A stretch of 64,000 nucleotides of DNA, taken from the NCBI GenBank assembly GCA_012295275.1, contig CM022671.1, forward strand, positions 27,094,001 to 27,158,000. Reading direction: 5' to 3'. The notes beneath the pieces were generated by a model, which was given only the letters and a program-made list of their open reading frames with translations, had not been told where the DNA came from and made no database searches. Every line of letters begins with the position of its first letter. The stretch's first letter is position 1. This document shows positions 38,460-51,372 of this stretch, in pieces. The stretch comes from Chrysomallon squamiferum. Lineage: Eukaryota; Animalia; Mollusca. The position numbers and the translations under genes are program-made.

Positions 38460-41400
38460 TAGTGATATGTGCTAAAATACACATACCTAAATTTTTGTTT
38501 TCAAAACTCGACTGTCCTATCTGAACAAAAACAGGGGCTACTGTAGGTGCAGCAAGAGGAGACTGCAGCAAAGGTACAAACAGCCTGCACACATCTTTCA
38601 TGTAGAAACAGCAGGCGTACTCATTACTTTTTATAGCCACTGACAGAATGCTACACGCACACTTGATCTGCCTGTCGAACTGAAATTGAATTAAAAATGT
38701 TTTAAATATGACACAGAAACGAAGAAATTAAGATTTTGGAAGGACGACTTTTATGAAATTTATTCAAAAAGCATTAAAGGAAATAAAAGAAAACAAACAA
38801 AAAACAATTGCTACTAAATAGTTGATATGAATTTTTAAAAAATCAAAAAAAAAAAAAATCAACTTATTAGTAATTGGATTAGATTCTTTTAATAATATTG
38901 GTCAGTAATTTTTCACAAGTATTTGAAAGTGAGAAAAGTTACAAATAAAAAAGGTATGAATTTAATATAAAAAGTCATAAAATAATTTTACCTCTCGAAG
39001 TTTATTTCTTATCTCGGATTCTTTCTGCTTTTGAGCCTGCAAAAGTTCTTCCTGTTTCTTTGTCAGTTTAGGCATTTCTTCCTTTTTACCCATTTTCTGT
39101 TCCTGAAGCTGCAATATAAAATGAAAATAATAATTAACTAATGTATAGGTTTTTTCATTCTTATAAATTAAAACATTAAGGTACTTATAATGTACGTGTA
39201 ATTGCTTATAGTGTGTTTATTTATAACATATAAATATATAAATAGGAAACTGTTGGTAGAAAAAAACACATTTTAACCAACCTTCTTGAGTTCTACTTCT
39301 GCCATCTGTTCAGCATAGGAATACAACTTATTCTCTCTCCTTACATTGGTTTCTCTTGTTTCTGATTTCTTTGCACTATAAATAAACATAATACTTATGT
39401 CAAACCCGTTCTACCATTAATCTATAAACAAAACTTTCAGTAAATTATACAAGTATCATCTAGTGAAGCAACTTTCCAATCCTTCTGGTAACCAGTGATA
39501 GTACAAAAATATATTTTACAAAGTAGATACTTCTCAGCTTTGATGGACCAAACTTTTCAGCTGAGTCTTAATGCCTGTCTGTTTCTTAACTGCAATGGTT
39601 CTTATTAATTTCATTTCTTCATAGTTTAAAATACAGTATTCAAGAAGAAAATGAATACACACTTTTCGAGTATTGTCTTGTCATAGAGTTCTCCATCGGG
39701 TGTAAGGAAGATGCCAAACTCATCTCGGGTGATGCTGCTGAACTCTGGGTTGTCCAGCAGAGATGTTACATACTTCATCACCAACTTGAGAACTTCATTT
39801 GGTGACACAAGAACAAGCATACTCAATGCACTTGACAAGGTCTGCAAATTCAAAATAAATTTAATCCTTGCAAGTAAACTAAAATAAAATTCCATAAAAT
39901 TATACATTATATTTTTTGTAGTTCAATTATGTTAGAGTCTAAAAAAAAAAAAAAAAAAAAAAAATAATAATAATAATAATAATAATGAAATAAATAAATA
40001 AATTTTAAAAATTATTGAATAAAAAACAAAACTGAAATAAAATAAAAAGAAAATAATAAAACAGAATAAAAAATAATAATAAATAAAAAATAATTATACT
40101 TCACTATTTTGTAACAGCCCAAACCATTTACTTAATTCTAACAATAGTAATAAAAAATCATATCTTAATTTAGAAAATATTAAGTGTTAGTCTCCAATAT
40201 TTCAATTGTAACAATAACAAGCATTCATATTTTGTACTGCTTTATCCTATCTAACAACACATGCAGTTATGAAACTACAAAACATGTATATTCAGTTGGT
40301 CATTTGAATATTGAGTCTAGTGGGTTTTAACACCTTTTTCTTCCATACATTATAACCTTTAGCTTTCTTCATTTAAATTTGAAGTTATGTGTACAATTTT
40401 ATTCAGGACTGTGAAATAGAGAACATAACTTGCTTACCTCTGTGAGTTTTTCTCCAGTCTCAATATGCTTCAAACAAGCAGAGGCATGGGAAGACACAAA
40501 CTTAGCTGGATGCAGATTTAGTTTTCTCAAAATGTCAATCCATGCTGAATTGTTAGCAAAGCCTAGAATAAAATGTATTATTAAATCTCAGAAAAATATA
40601 TCCTTTAAATGAAAAGAACTACTTAAGAATATAACTCAATAAGAAGAAATTTAATTATATAAATCTTGTTTTGGATTATTTAAAATTATTTATCTATATG
40701 AGACATAACAATAATAACATAATTATTTTTTTTACGTAAATGTTTTCAGTTTTAATTGTAGTAAAAAAAAAAATAGTCCAACTGTGCTTACAAATATATG
40801 GATGGTGTGCAATTTCAATAGTTGCCATAGCAACAGACTCAGCATCTCTAATGTCAGCTTTATGAACTGCACAAATTGTTAACAATGCGTCAGCAACAAT
40901 TCTTGGCTGGATCACACTTGCAACATCAGGGCCAACACCATTTTCTTTCACATCATCTTCTCTGGCTTTGTCCTTTTCAAATTCTGCAAGCTAATAAAAT
41001 ACAAACATTTCTAATATGAAATATTTTCAAAGTGTAAAAAATGCATATGATGATTCAGATTTTGAACATTTTTTTAAATTTTTACATGTTTTTACTGAGG
41101 AGTCCCTAAAATAAATTTCTCGGATGTAATCAAAATTAAGATCAAACAGTTAATTCTGTAAAATACTGAACATACCTTACTTGTCAAACAACATTTCAAC
41201 ATAACTCAGAATTAAAAACAGATTCAGTACAATGTGATTTTGAAATGACAGTGTGAGAAAGAAAACACTCAACTATAACTTTATGGATTATTCCTACTGA
41301 TTAGCAGCAAAAATATTTTATATTCACTTTTCTCAAACTAGAAATAATCAGTCTGATTGAAAGTGGAAGAAGCCAATTAAGATCACTTGGGATGAAGAGT

Positions 41401-44400
41401 AACTTTAAGTGTAATATTTTTAAAAAACTGCTATTTTCTAATTCAGACATAAATGTTGTTTTAATGTGTTCTGGTTTTATAATGTATCTCACTGTCTGTG
41501 TCTGGAGAATGTCTCTGAACTCCTCAATGAGTGAAAGACAAATTGTTGCTCCACCCAGCAAGCCAAGAATACGATTAATACTGTTCCTCGTATGTTTACG
41601 AACATTCCATGATTTCTTGGTGAGGCAGTAGACTAGAACTCTGTAGTATGGTCTAAAAGAAGAAAAAAAAACAAATCCTAAACCTGTTCTTTTTTTTAAA
41701 AGTTTTAGATTTTTCTAATAAACAATTTATGTACTTATTATAAATAAATTGTAAACAGTGAGAAATGAAACATAAATGTATTTTTAATAGCAACAAAAGA
41801 GAGATGACAAAGTTACCTGGACACCTCTTCTGTCATCAGTTGTGGAAACTCAAGAATTAGTCGCTCAGACAGAGAAACCAGATTCTGAAGTGCTGAAAAA
41901 AAAAAAAAAATTGAAATTAAAATTGCAGAATATATTTTTAAACAAATTAACTTTTTTACAAAGAAATGTTTTCCCACCAAATAAATTATTACACAAACTG
42001 ATTTAAAACTTCTTTTAAAAAATATATGAAATCAATTTCTCTTATTTACAATACAAGGAAACTTACTTTCGTCAGAAGCTTGTGACAGGAATTTCGTGTT
42101 ATTCAGTAACTGTTTTTTTTCATCTAGGATAGTACTCCAAAAAGATGACAGCTTGGATTCTAGAAAACAAAACAGAATTTTTTTTTTTTTAATTTTATTC
42201 ACTCTAATATTTTCATGTTCTAGAAATCAGATTATGTTCAATTAAAAATACAAATGTACATGAAAGAACATTTAAAATAAATGAGCACATTATGCAAAAA
42301 ACCAAAAAAACAAATACATCATCAAAATTTGTCAGTCATTAACATCAAGAAGAAATAGTATGTATTCACATGAAAAAATGTAATAGTCTGATAAACTATA
42401 AACACATCCACATTTAATATCCAGAATAATATTTAACATTATATATTGCTTTGGATTTTATTTCTAGTAATACTATTTGACTATAACAAATATAATGCTT
42501 TATCTGATCTGCTTCAGCACAAGAAATCTGTTATTGTTATTTTTTTTGTCTTGCTACATTACCTGCATCGATATCAACCAGTGAGAGTCTGACAAGTATG
42601 TTTGCTGCAGAAATGGCCTCTGTGATGAGCTGAGACTGAGATGGCTGTTTGCTGGCTTTTTCCACAGTCTGAGTCAAAACAGACAAAACTTCAGATGCCT
42701 GGGGCAGAGTATCACCTTTAAATTTTGTAAAAAAATAGAATAAAATTGGAGAAAGAATTTAATTATACTGATGTTGTAACAAAAGTCATAAATGTGATTC
42801 CACAGGTTAGAAGACAGAAGTTGATCTTGGGCAGGGAACAAGATAAATGATGGACACTGCATATTACCACTGTGATATTATAAGAAGGATGAACTGGATC
42901 TTTACTGGAAAGAAACCATCTGGCTGAGGATGGTGTTAGATAGAAAGATGTGACATCAATATACTCAGGGTTGGCTTTCCATTTTAAAGAAAGTCATATA
43001 ACACAAATATATATTTTACTGGTACAATAAAATTATTATCTAGTTATCAGTTTAATTAACATTTTGTAAAAATAATGCTCACCATGGAAAGATGCATTCA
43101 TACACAGAATGTAAGCATTTCTTACAGCAGATGTGGATGTTTTCAAAGATATTCCTTTCTTTTGAAAAAAAGACAAAAAAAGACTTGAGTATAATAAAAA
43201 CCAAAACAAATATTATATATATTTATGGAGAAGTGCTCTTTTATATTTGTTTTATTAAAGAACTAAATAAATATCTGATGAAAACATGTTTTTGAATGCA
43301 TTAAGAATTGAACCTTTCATGATTATTATAGCATTTAACTGACTTTCAAACAGATTTATTAATATTTAATATATAAGCTTCTGAACCCTTGATTGATAAG
43401 AATTATCAGAATAATACATTGAACAATACAAAATATGTTAAATATTTTTTGTAAAGTTTTGGAAAACATTATCTTTGAATAAATGTCTTAGTTTGTTCAT
43501 TTAAATAATGAAAGTAAGCCATATGAAAGATATGAAACACACACAGGAATACATGTTTTACCTTGAACCACTGAATAAGTTTCTCTGGAACACAAGTGTA
43601 GAATTTTGTACACCAGAGTGACAACATGGCCAGTGCATGTACCAGTGTTCCTTCATGTACTGCAAAACAAATTCAATATATTTAATTATATAAAGGAAAA
43701 ATAACTATTTTGGAATTTCTGAAAGAGTTACACATTAACTACTTTTGAATTCAGAAGTAAAAGACAATTATTTCTTTTTCAGATATTTAAACTGGGTAAC
43801 ATGTTTAATACTCACTGAATGCATAACTAAAATACAGCATTTAAACAGGAGGAGGAACAATAACAACAAGAAAAAAGAATTACAAAAATTAAACTTTCAA
43901 TAATGAGTGAAACAATTTACGTGTTATCCTGTGGATTTTTTTAAGGCAATTTCCAAGAACTGTCACAGAATAACATGAATTTAGTAGTTTTTAATACAAT
44001 CAATAATTAACAAAACTATTAATAAAATCGAAAAATCTTGGGTTTTTTCATAGAAACAGTAAGCACAAACAATTCTGATGGTGTTTTACAGCTTCATGTT
44101 ACACAGCTGTTAATGACATTAAATTATGGTTCCTACACAAAATGTCAATAAAAATGTGGACATTTTTAAGGCCGAGATATTCATGTTTTTATGGAACCCT
44201 CAGGGGCAATAAAGATCAGTGATTACCAAAGGTAGAGATGTGTGACCCAATTTAACTGGGAAAAATAAACCAGACCAATGAGCTTAAGGACAGTTCAGTA
44301 TGGAAAGTAGTTTTCTCATTGGGTGAAAATGAGACCTTGACATAATGCGACCACATCACAGAGCACAACACAAATGTATATTTTGACAAAAAGTTATTTT

Positions 44401-45208
44401 GTATGAAATTTGTATTGCCATCAGAACATTACAGGATATAAAAAAACCTTAAATCTGACAAGTAACAGCAATAAAGTAAATGTTAACGACTTGCAGTATT
44501 AAAACGGTGGTGGCCTACCTTCCTGTTGTAGAGTTGGCAAGAAATGTTCTGCTGCTGTGGCACTGAGATTCTGTAATGATGTTGTGCCACTCACACTGTT
44601 GTAAAACAAATTGCCAATTGCCTGCAAGATACAGATCTTCTGGTCTGTCACTGTCAGTTTAATCTCTGATCCTGAAATAGATTTAGAATTGAACTGGTAA
44701 TAATCATTTAAAAAATATCTATAATTTATACTGCATGACTGAACATTATTCAACCAATTAACCAAAAGCACTGATTAAATATTTTTTAACTATTTATAAA
44801 AAAAAATGTTCAGTAATTTCATTTTAAACATCCAAATAATAATGATTTAAAACAAAGAATTTTACTTGATAAGTTTACTCATACTAATCAGCAACAGTGG
44901 ATATCTTATATGTTTTTCCAACAGAGAATGTTGTAATCTCTGATAAACAGGTGTGGAAAAGACAGTTCTGATGACTGAAAATGGATGAGGGTTACAAACC
45001 TCCAAGGACTCCAAACATGTGTGAAATCATCTGTTCTATAGCTCCAGGATCACTGCACTGACCAGCAAGATTCCTCACAGCCTGTAGGGCTTCTTTCTTG
45101 GTTGTCTCATCTTTGGAGCAAAGCTGAACTAAAATGCAAAATTATTTTATGTAAATATATATATATATATGTCTATATCGATATATCTGTATCTATATCT
45201 GTATTTAT

Positions 45209-45241
<33 letters not shown>

Positions 45242-45642
45242 ATATATATACACACATTTATATTTTAAAGAAAAACTCAAATACTTTTTAGAGAGATATT
45301 ATGAATAACAACAACAATTATTATTATGTTATGATGTAAATAACGGATCTCAATTCCGTTAAATTAGTGACTGAAAGCATATTAGTAATTTTTATACCAG
45401 CGAAAAATATATTATATATGAATGACCAACATTAAATATTCATGGTTACTTGATCTTCAAATTAGTCATTTATAAAAACATTTTAAAAAATAAAAATAAA
45501 AATCACCTCCTAGTAACTTGATCAAATCTGTTGTGTACTGACTGAGATCCAGTGATAAACTCTTGATCAAGTAACTGACAGCTAAAAACAAGAGAAATGT
45601 TAAAAGATACTTATATAAATATATTATCAATGCACTGGGTTT

Positions 45643-45676
<34 letters not shown>

Positions 45677-48600
45677 AAAAATGTTTAAAATATAAAATAT
45701 AATTATAATATAAATGAAATGCTGAAAGGATACAATCATTGGAAAAATTTTATTTCAATCTAGAAAGTAAAATATTTATAATGATCAGTTTCTCAATTAG
45801 TTTAGAAAAAAAAATTAATATAATGAAGATTTTTTTTAAAAATTTAAATGTGTAATTTCAGTTATCGTAAGTAAAAAAAATCCTCTGCTTTTATAGTGAG
45901 TATATTTAACATTTTATGTGACTCACTTTCTAGACAGATTTCTGGACTTCGCAGCATGGCTTTCTTGACAGCAGGCAGAACGAGATTTTTGAAGTCATCA
46001 TGAGTACACTGTCGCAACAAACTGGAACAGCTTTCCTTTTTACATGAAAATAAAATTACACACATATTATATATAACCGAAAAGAAAAAAATTAACAGTA
46101 ACTGTTTATGATATTTCTTGTTTTAAGTTAATTTTATAAATTTAAAGAGACCTATACATTTTTAATGATAAAATAATTTTGAATTAATTCTGGATAATGC
46201 TAAAGACATCATTTTCATTTTTCATAGTCTATGTTATTATTCTCATTATCATCACTGTGGCAGTGTCAAATATAACCTACCAAGACATGTACAGGTGGTT
46301 TGGTTCTGCTGGCTATAACATGCTTCAGATACTGTTCCAGAAAACCATTCTGAAAGTAAAATGAGTGTGGCAGAGCAATTATATTGATAACAAAAAAATA
46401 TATAAAATAAAATTAATAATAATAATCATCACACACTGTAACAAAATGTGGTATTTTCATTTCAAACCAAATACTAACATAGAAGAAAACGTGGTGTTTT
46501 CTTTATATCAAATATCAGAGTATAACAAATTGTGGTGTTTTCATTACATCAGATATCAAAATAGAACAAAATGTGGTGTTTTCGTTAGAAACAAATATCA
46601 ATAAAGAACATAATTTGGTGTTTTCTATGTAGTAATGTAACGTGAACTGTTTCAGCATTCAGTACCTACCTTGTGCTTCTTGATTATTTCAGTATCTTTA
46701 ATTTGTGAGAGATATTTCATGATCAGCCCAATAGCAGAGAAGTTGTAAAGAGATGGCTCAATCTCTTCTAGTGCTGCTGCATAATCCTTCACTGTTTCAG
46801 CAGACTGGAATTATAAATCATTATATAAGTATCTTTCTATCATTTACTAGTGCTGACTCAATTTTTGCTAAGATCACTAAAATTATATCTAAAATACACT
46901 AAGTGAAAGTTTTAATATCTTTTCCTCTTAAAAATGTATTTCTGATGCTAAAATGAATTCAACTTCTAAACAAAACAAAACATTTAAATGTCTATAATGT
47001 TTATTTTTTATTAAAACAGAAGTAGATTTATATACTAAATTTCAAATGCCACACTTAGACAACTGCTCTTATGTAATATATTCAATTACAATTTTGATCA
47101 TATTCAACAAATTTAACTTACTTAGTTACTAGGAATAGCATAACTAATTTATTAGATGGGATAAAAATGTCTTATGTATTAAGCTTGATTACTGTCAGAA
47201 TGTTTTTCATAGCTAGTGTTTGTACAGTCAAATACAATATCTAAGAAGGTAATTTAACTTCAGGTCATACATACATGTGACCAGATTTGCTTTATTTTTC
47301 TCAGTGTTGACTGATTGATTACATTGTTACCAGCAGCCAGAGCTCCATAAATCAAAACTGATTGCAAAATCACCTAAAATTTTTAAAAAAGAAGACTGTC
47401 ATTATTCTATCTACAGGTCTTTTTATTTTAATTCTAATAAATATACTTAAAATTCTACAGTATTTACTGATCTAAATGCTTACTTAGCTATTCAAACTAT
47501 GACAAACAGGTATTTCTGAAATATAAAGGTATATTTAAAACAAAATAATAATAAATAAAATGCTTCCCTTTTGTTGAGATTCAGAACTGTGAGTCAAATG
47601 TGTGTGTGTGTGTGTGTGTGTTTTTTGTGTGAGTGTAGTTTGGTTGTTTTTTTTTTAAACTAAACAACAGAAATATATAAAAATACAATTTAAAAAATAA
47701 AAAAGTCATCAAAATAAATAATTAAAAATGGTCTATTTATGAATTTTTCACAACCATTATTGTTTAGAATAAAAATCATTAAATAAATTAAATAAGAAAT
47801 GCATCATGCAAATTACCATCTGTTTCAGCGTACTGAATGAAACTGAAGTAATGTTCAGGGCCTGTTTTAAACTGATGCATGTCCATGTGAGGGCAACTAG
47901 TGCTTCTCCAGATGAACTTCGGCTTCAAAATAAAATGGAGATTTGTAAAATATACAATAATTTAATTCATATTGTGTCAAAAGTAAAATTAAACATTTTA
48001 AAATTTGTTTTAAATATATGTGAAAACATTTATATTTACTTTTCATGCTCATCGCATTTCACATTTCTGCCATGGCTTACCATGGTAAATGCAGTTTGAT
48101 GGCTGTTGCTTAGTAGTATTATTTCAATTTTTTCTTTCCCTTGGATATTTGTTCACATCATTTTCAGAGATATCACCTGTGACAAGTGTATTATTTAAGA
48201 ACCACAAAATAATGTTGTCTGTAATCACTTATTATTACAACATATTTGCTTGAAAAAAATGAATATGAATTTTTGAAAATGTCTTCTGTCTTTTTCTCAT
48301 ACTCATTTGTTATTTCAATGTTTTACAACAAAGAATTGCTTAAGAACACAAACAAGGCAAATAACATATATAAAATATAGCAAATTATTAATTACCAGGC
48401 AAGGACAATTTTCTTTTGTGTCTCAGCAAAGTTGGCAAGTGATGATTGAATACACTTTAATGTCAGATCAGGATATTTCTTTGCCAGTGTTTGCACTAAA
48501 TCTGACACTGCCTTCAAAGATCGTCCATCTCTATAGCGACCAAGTGTCAATACAAGATATTTCAATATTCCCTTAATGGCACCATCTGGTAAATCTAAAA

Positions 48601-49456
48601 CAAGAATAAAGTCAATTTTGAAACAGTAGATTCTGAACTGCTAGTAAAATTGTTACCTCATATGTTAATTTTTTCAAAAGTTATACATTCTTTTAAACTG
48701 CCTGACAGCTGAAAGATACTTGCAGATTCAAGAAGATGATATTAATAAACGAAGATACTCTATCACTAGCTGCAATCCATATGTTACAGAGTGGCTATGT
48801 CATTTCCATGACAATTCAAAATTATATAATAGTATTAATACTATGTACCCTAAAGTCAGTGAAAAAATTAGTATAACCATATTAAAATATTCTTATTTTT
48901 ATGCATTATAAATTTCATAAGTCATTAATAATTTCAAAAATGTATCATTAAAAGGACAATTAACTTTCTTCACTTTTAATTTAATGTTATATTTTGGCAA
49001 ATTCAAACTTAGCTTGTCTAAAAAAAAATAATAATGTCCAGTCCACTAACTAAAATGGGTTGCTTAACCAATTTACAAAAATGATGTCTTACGTACATAT
49101 ATGTTTTAACCATTGCTTATTCTTCCAGATCATTGGCGTCAGCACTTTTAAGACCGACCAATAATCTTCGTTATCGACATCATTATTTTCTAAGCTGCCC
49201 CCACCTTTCAGTGGAAAAACATTCTAAACAATATCGTTCTTTACAGTTTTATCATCTATATTATATTTTGATTCATAAATTTATAATAATAATTTAAAGT
49301 TAACAGAGAATATCGCAATGAAGATATAGCCGTACCATTTTCCTGGACGCAGTTTTTAACATCATGTAAAATACGTATTCTCTCCTTCGTGCTTGGTGTT
49401 GTCAGTTTCAGAGCAAATGTTTTAAGAATTTCAATATTTGGGGATGGTTTTGCCAT
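20187..49456 (-). CDS. GCN1: GCN1, eIF2-alpha kinase (GCN2) activator / stalled-ribosome sensor, complete, 51 coding exons, about 2688 aa HEAT-repeat protein
   Basis: Phase-consistent exons: 49336-49456, 48396-48594, 47817-47922, 47275-47373, 46670-46804, 46281-46349, 45927-46035, 45507-45581, 45000-45128, 44519-44671, 43562-43659, 43083-43158, 42563-42715, 42067-42159, 41817-41892, 41493-41652, 40792-40990, 40438-40562, 39663-39841, 39282-39375, 38992-39108, 38487-38679, 37646-38022, 37115-37339, 36513-36640, 35892-36084, 35344-35580, 34815-35009, 34025-34271, 33534-33655, 33091-33205, 32367-32546, 31864-32084, 31352-31559, 30819-31015, 30252-30441, 29910-29980, 29353-29568, 28661-28825, 27908-28069, 27392-27484, 26842-26985, 25541-25810, 24745-24858, 23814-24044, 23256-23449, 22385-22596, 21878-22026, 21412-21516, 20781-20999, 20187-20315 (8067 nt). 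Hallmark peptides: [78 protein letters not shown]-terminal IDDTLLT. Confidence 0.97.
21038..21185. repeat. Compound (TCTA)n(TCTG)n(TCTA)n microsatellite
   Basis: Directly visible in GCN1 intron 49. Confidence 0.9.
24041..24156. repeat. 61-bp tandem duplication spanning a GCN1 splice acceptor
   Basis: TACCCTGAGTTATTAGAAGTACAAAATGATTTAAGTTTTAAATA (24041) is repeated as TACCCTGAATTATTAAAGTACAAAATTATTTAAGTTTTAAATA (24102). Confidence 0.85.
29599..29786. repeat. 35-bp minisatellite, about 5.3 copies
   Basis: Unit AATATTCATATAACAAATATACTACTTCTGTGACA at 29599, 29634, 29669, 29707, 29742 and a partial copy at 29777. No spacers. Confidence 0.93.
32560..32830. repeat. Degenerate ~95-100 bp tandem repeat, about 2.5 copies
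   Basis: Recurring TTTCT..TAATAACTATATA ... AGTGAAAATA blocks in GCN1 intron 31. Confidence 0.55.
34272..34814 (-). other. GC-AG intron in GCN1 (intron 28)
   Basis: Exon ends ...STPSQE (GAG|GCAAGT) and the next exon starts TAG|GTG CAA GAA (VQEAVANCL), giving the conserved STPSQxVQE junction. Confidence 0.88.
42790..42981 (-). ncRNA. Candidate intronic box H/ACA snoRNA (GCN1 intron 12)
   Basis: On the host sense strand: 5' hairpin (TGGAAAG/CTTTCCA, AACC/GGTT, CTGAG/CTCAG), ANANNA (ATATCA), 3' hairpin (CACAG/CTGTG, ATCTTG/CAAGAT), terminal ACA-TTT about 75 nt before the 3' splice site. No target identified. Confidence 0.35.
46440..46626. repeat. Degenerate ~40-bp minisatellite, about 4.5 copies
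   Basis: AACAAAATGTGGTGTTTTC core recurring roughly every 38-46 nt in GCN1 intron 5. Confidence 0.8.
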
Positions 49457-49504
49457 TCTTCTTTAAGAGCAGAAAAAACGTTTAACACAGAAATTGCAAT
49501 GTAC

Positions 49505-49560
49505 AGAAGCCACGTGTTCAAAGAAGACAGAGCAAACTAATACAATCCGCCATTTTTGTT
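49505..49560 (-). promoter_or_regulatory. GCN1 proximal promoter / 5' leader: YY1-type motif and E-box, overlapping an 11-codon uORF
   Basis: CCGCCATTTT at 49547-49556 (YY1 consensus) and CACGTG at 49511. Minus-strand ATG 49553 to TGA 49518 encodes MADCISLLCLL*. Confidence 0.55.
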
Positions 49561-49874
49561 GGTTGTGCAATAAAGGGCAGTAACTACCAAGTTGCTTTCG
49601 TCTATGAACTTCGCTATGACTTTTCTGTTCAACTTTCATTTTAATTTTGTTAAGATCAATAAAATTATATGTAAAATAATCTAATTTTTACATTTTTAAA
49701 ATTATTTTTCCTCTAAAGATTTTATTTCGAAAGTGGAAGTGAATTTTCTTAAATAAAATTTAAAAATGTAAACATAATTAATGGGTTTTTTTTTTGTTTG
49801 TCTTTTAGTGTTTTTTTTTTTTATCAAATCAAATCGAAAGTAGATTTATACAGCTATACAGTGAATCAATACAT

Positions 49875-49949
49875 AATAAATAAATAAATAAACAAACAAC
49901 AACCACAACAACAACAACAACAACAATAATAATAATAATAATAATAATA

Positions 49950-49991
<42 letters not shown>

Positions 49992-50017
49992 GTTATTATT
50001 TATTTATTTATTTATTT
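49875..50017. repeat. Inverted compound microsatellite (AATA)n(AAC)n(AAT)n|(ATT)n(ATTT)n
   Basis: AAT run switches to its reverse complement at 49950/49951. Confidence 0.85.
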
Positions 50018-50694
50018 CAATCACAAATACACCTTAAAACCAAAATAACCTCAAAATGCTTTTCAGAAAAATAATTAATAGGCCTTTTCATCAGTTATGA
50101 TATATTTGATGTCTTGAGAAGCACAGGACGCTCGCTGTAGTTTTCTCTATTTTCTCAGATAAGCAATATATTAATAAAGAATGGCCGGTTTTTAGATTCA
50201 GAACGCTTCTGATCATCAGTGGTCTGAAAATATTTTTACAAGGTGGAGACTAACTTTGCAATTTCTAGCTAGAAATTAGTGTCTTCGGTTTTCTGTACCT
50301 TCCTATCATGCCTTCTGACCATGAATACCGTAGTTACTTATATTGCCACTCTACATTCCTGTATATGTTGAAACGACCTGACTAAGCAAGTATTGCTTTT
50401 ATGTGGCCTAGTGAAGGATCGTACTTTTCGGTTCTTGATCCTCAAATCGAGTTAAAGCATGCACGTTGATTTTTTGCTATTATTGTTATTATTATTGACA
50501 ACTTAGAGTTTGTCAAACGTTTACGAGAGTATGCAAATAGCCGTAGCCTGATTCGGAACACAGGAGGCTTAATTACTGAAATTTATAATTTTAACACAAT
50601 ACTTAAATATATTTGAAACTTTGAACTTTTACTCAGTTTTCAATATAAAATAAAAAAATTAACTTGAAACTGTCAAATGAATTATTTATAAAAG

Positions 50695-50767
50695 CATCCC
50701 CGGCGGGACTCGAACCCGCGACCTCTGGATTAGAAGTCCAGCGCGCTATCCACTGCGCTACGGGGAC
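50695..50767 (-). tRNA. tRNA-Arg-TCT: tRNA-Arg, anticodon TCT, intronless
   Basis: GTCCCCGTAGCGCAGTGGATAGCGCGCTGGACTTCTAATCCAGAGGTCGCGGGTTCGAGTCCCGCCGGGGATG: 73-nt cloverleaf, anticodon arm CTGGA-CTTCTAA-TCCAG, GGTTCGAGTCC B box, G73, TTTT terminator just downstream. Confidence 0.97.
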
Positions 50768-51372
50768 TGCATAGCCAGTTTATTACGACCAACATTTTTT
50801 TTTAAACAGGCAGTAAACAATTATAGAATTTATTAAATATCCGCAACACTAATACTGTGTTCATTATGCTGTAATAAAACCTTTAAACCAACGAAGCAGT
50901 TCTTATCAACAGATAATAAATTGAACGTTAATTTATATTAAAATAATTATCACCTGAATAGACGGACTTGAACAGATGGCAGAAATCTGGAGAATAAGAA
51001 GGATGTGTCAGGTTTTTCTACTTTGTGATTCTTTGAATATGGACTCATTGTTATTCTGCTGAAATCCAGTATTTCTGTGATTGATCTTTTAGTGCTGTAT
51101 TCAAATGATATAACTTCTGACAGTAGAAGTCGTTACATTCAGTGGAAGAAACTCTTAAGTGTATCACACAGTCAGTAGGGGTGACCGGGGCACAGTGGAT
51201 CGGAAATCTTCTGTTTAATATTATTTCTGTCATCTATGTTAAACGTTTCACATACTTTTTTAGGAGTTAAAGGTCAAAAGCTTACAGCACAAATCTTCAT
51301 TAAAAACAAAAAATAGATTAAACATAAGATTACCATGTCAAACACACACCATACGTTATATTTCATCAAGGT

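Noticed and set aside
42857-42920. Plus-strand ATATTACCA and AAACCAT resembling U17/snR30 m1 and m2 motifs
   Set aside because: Antisense to the host gene, m1 imperfect, no closing stem or ACA after m2.
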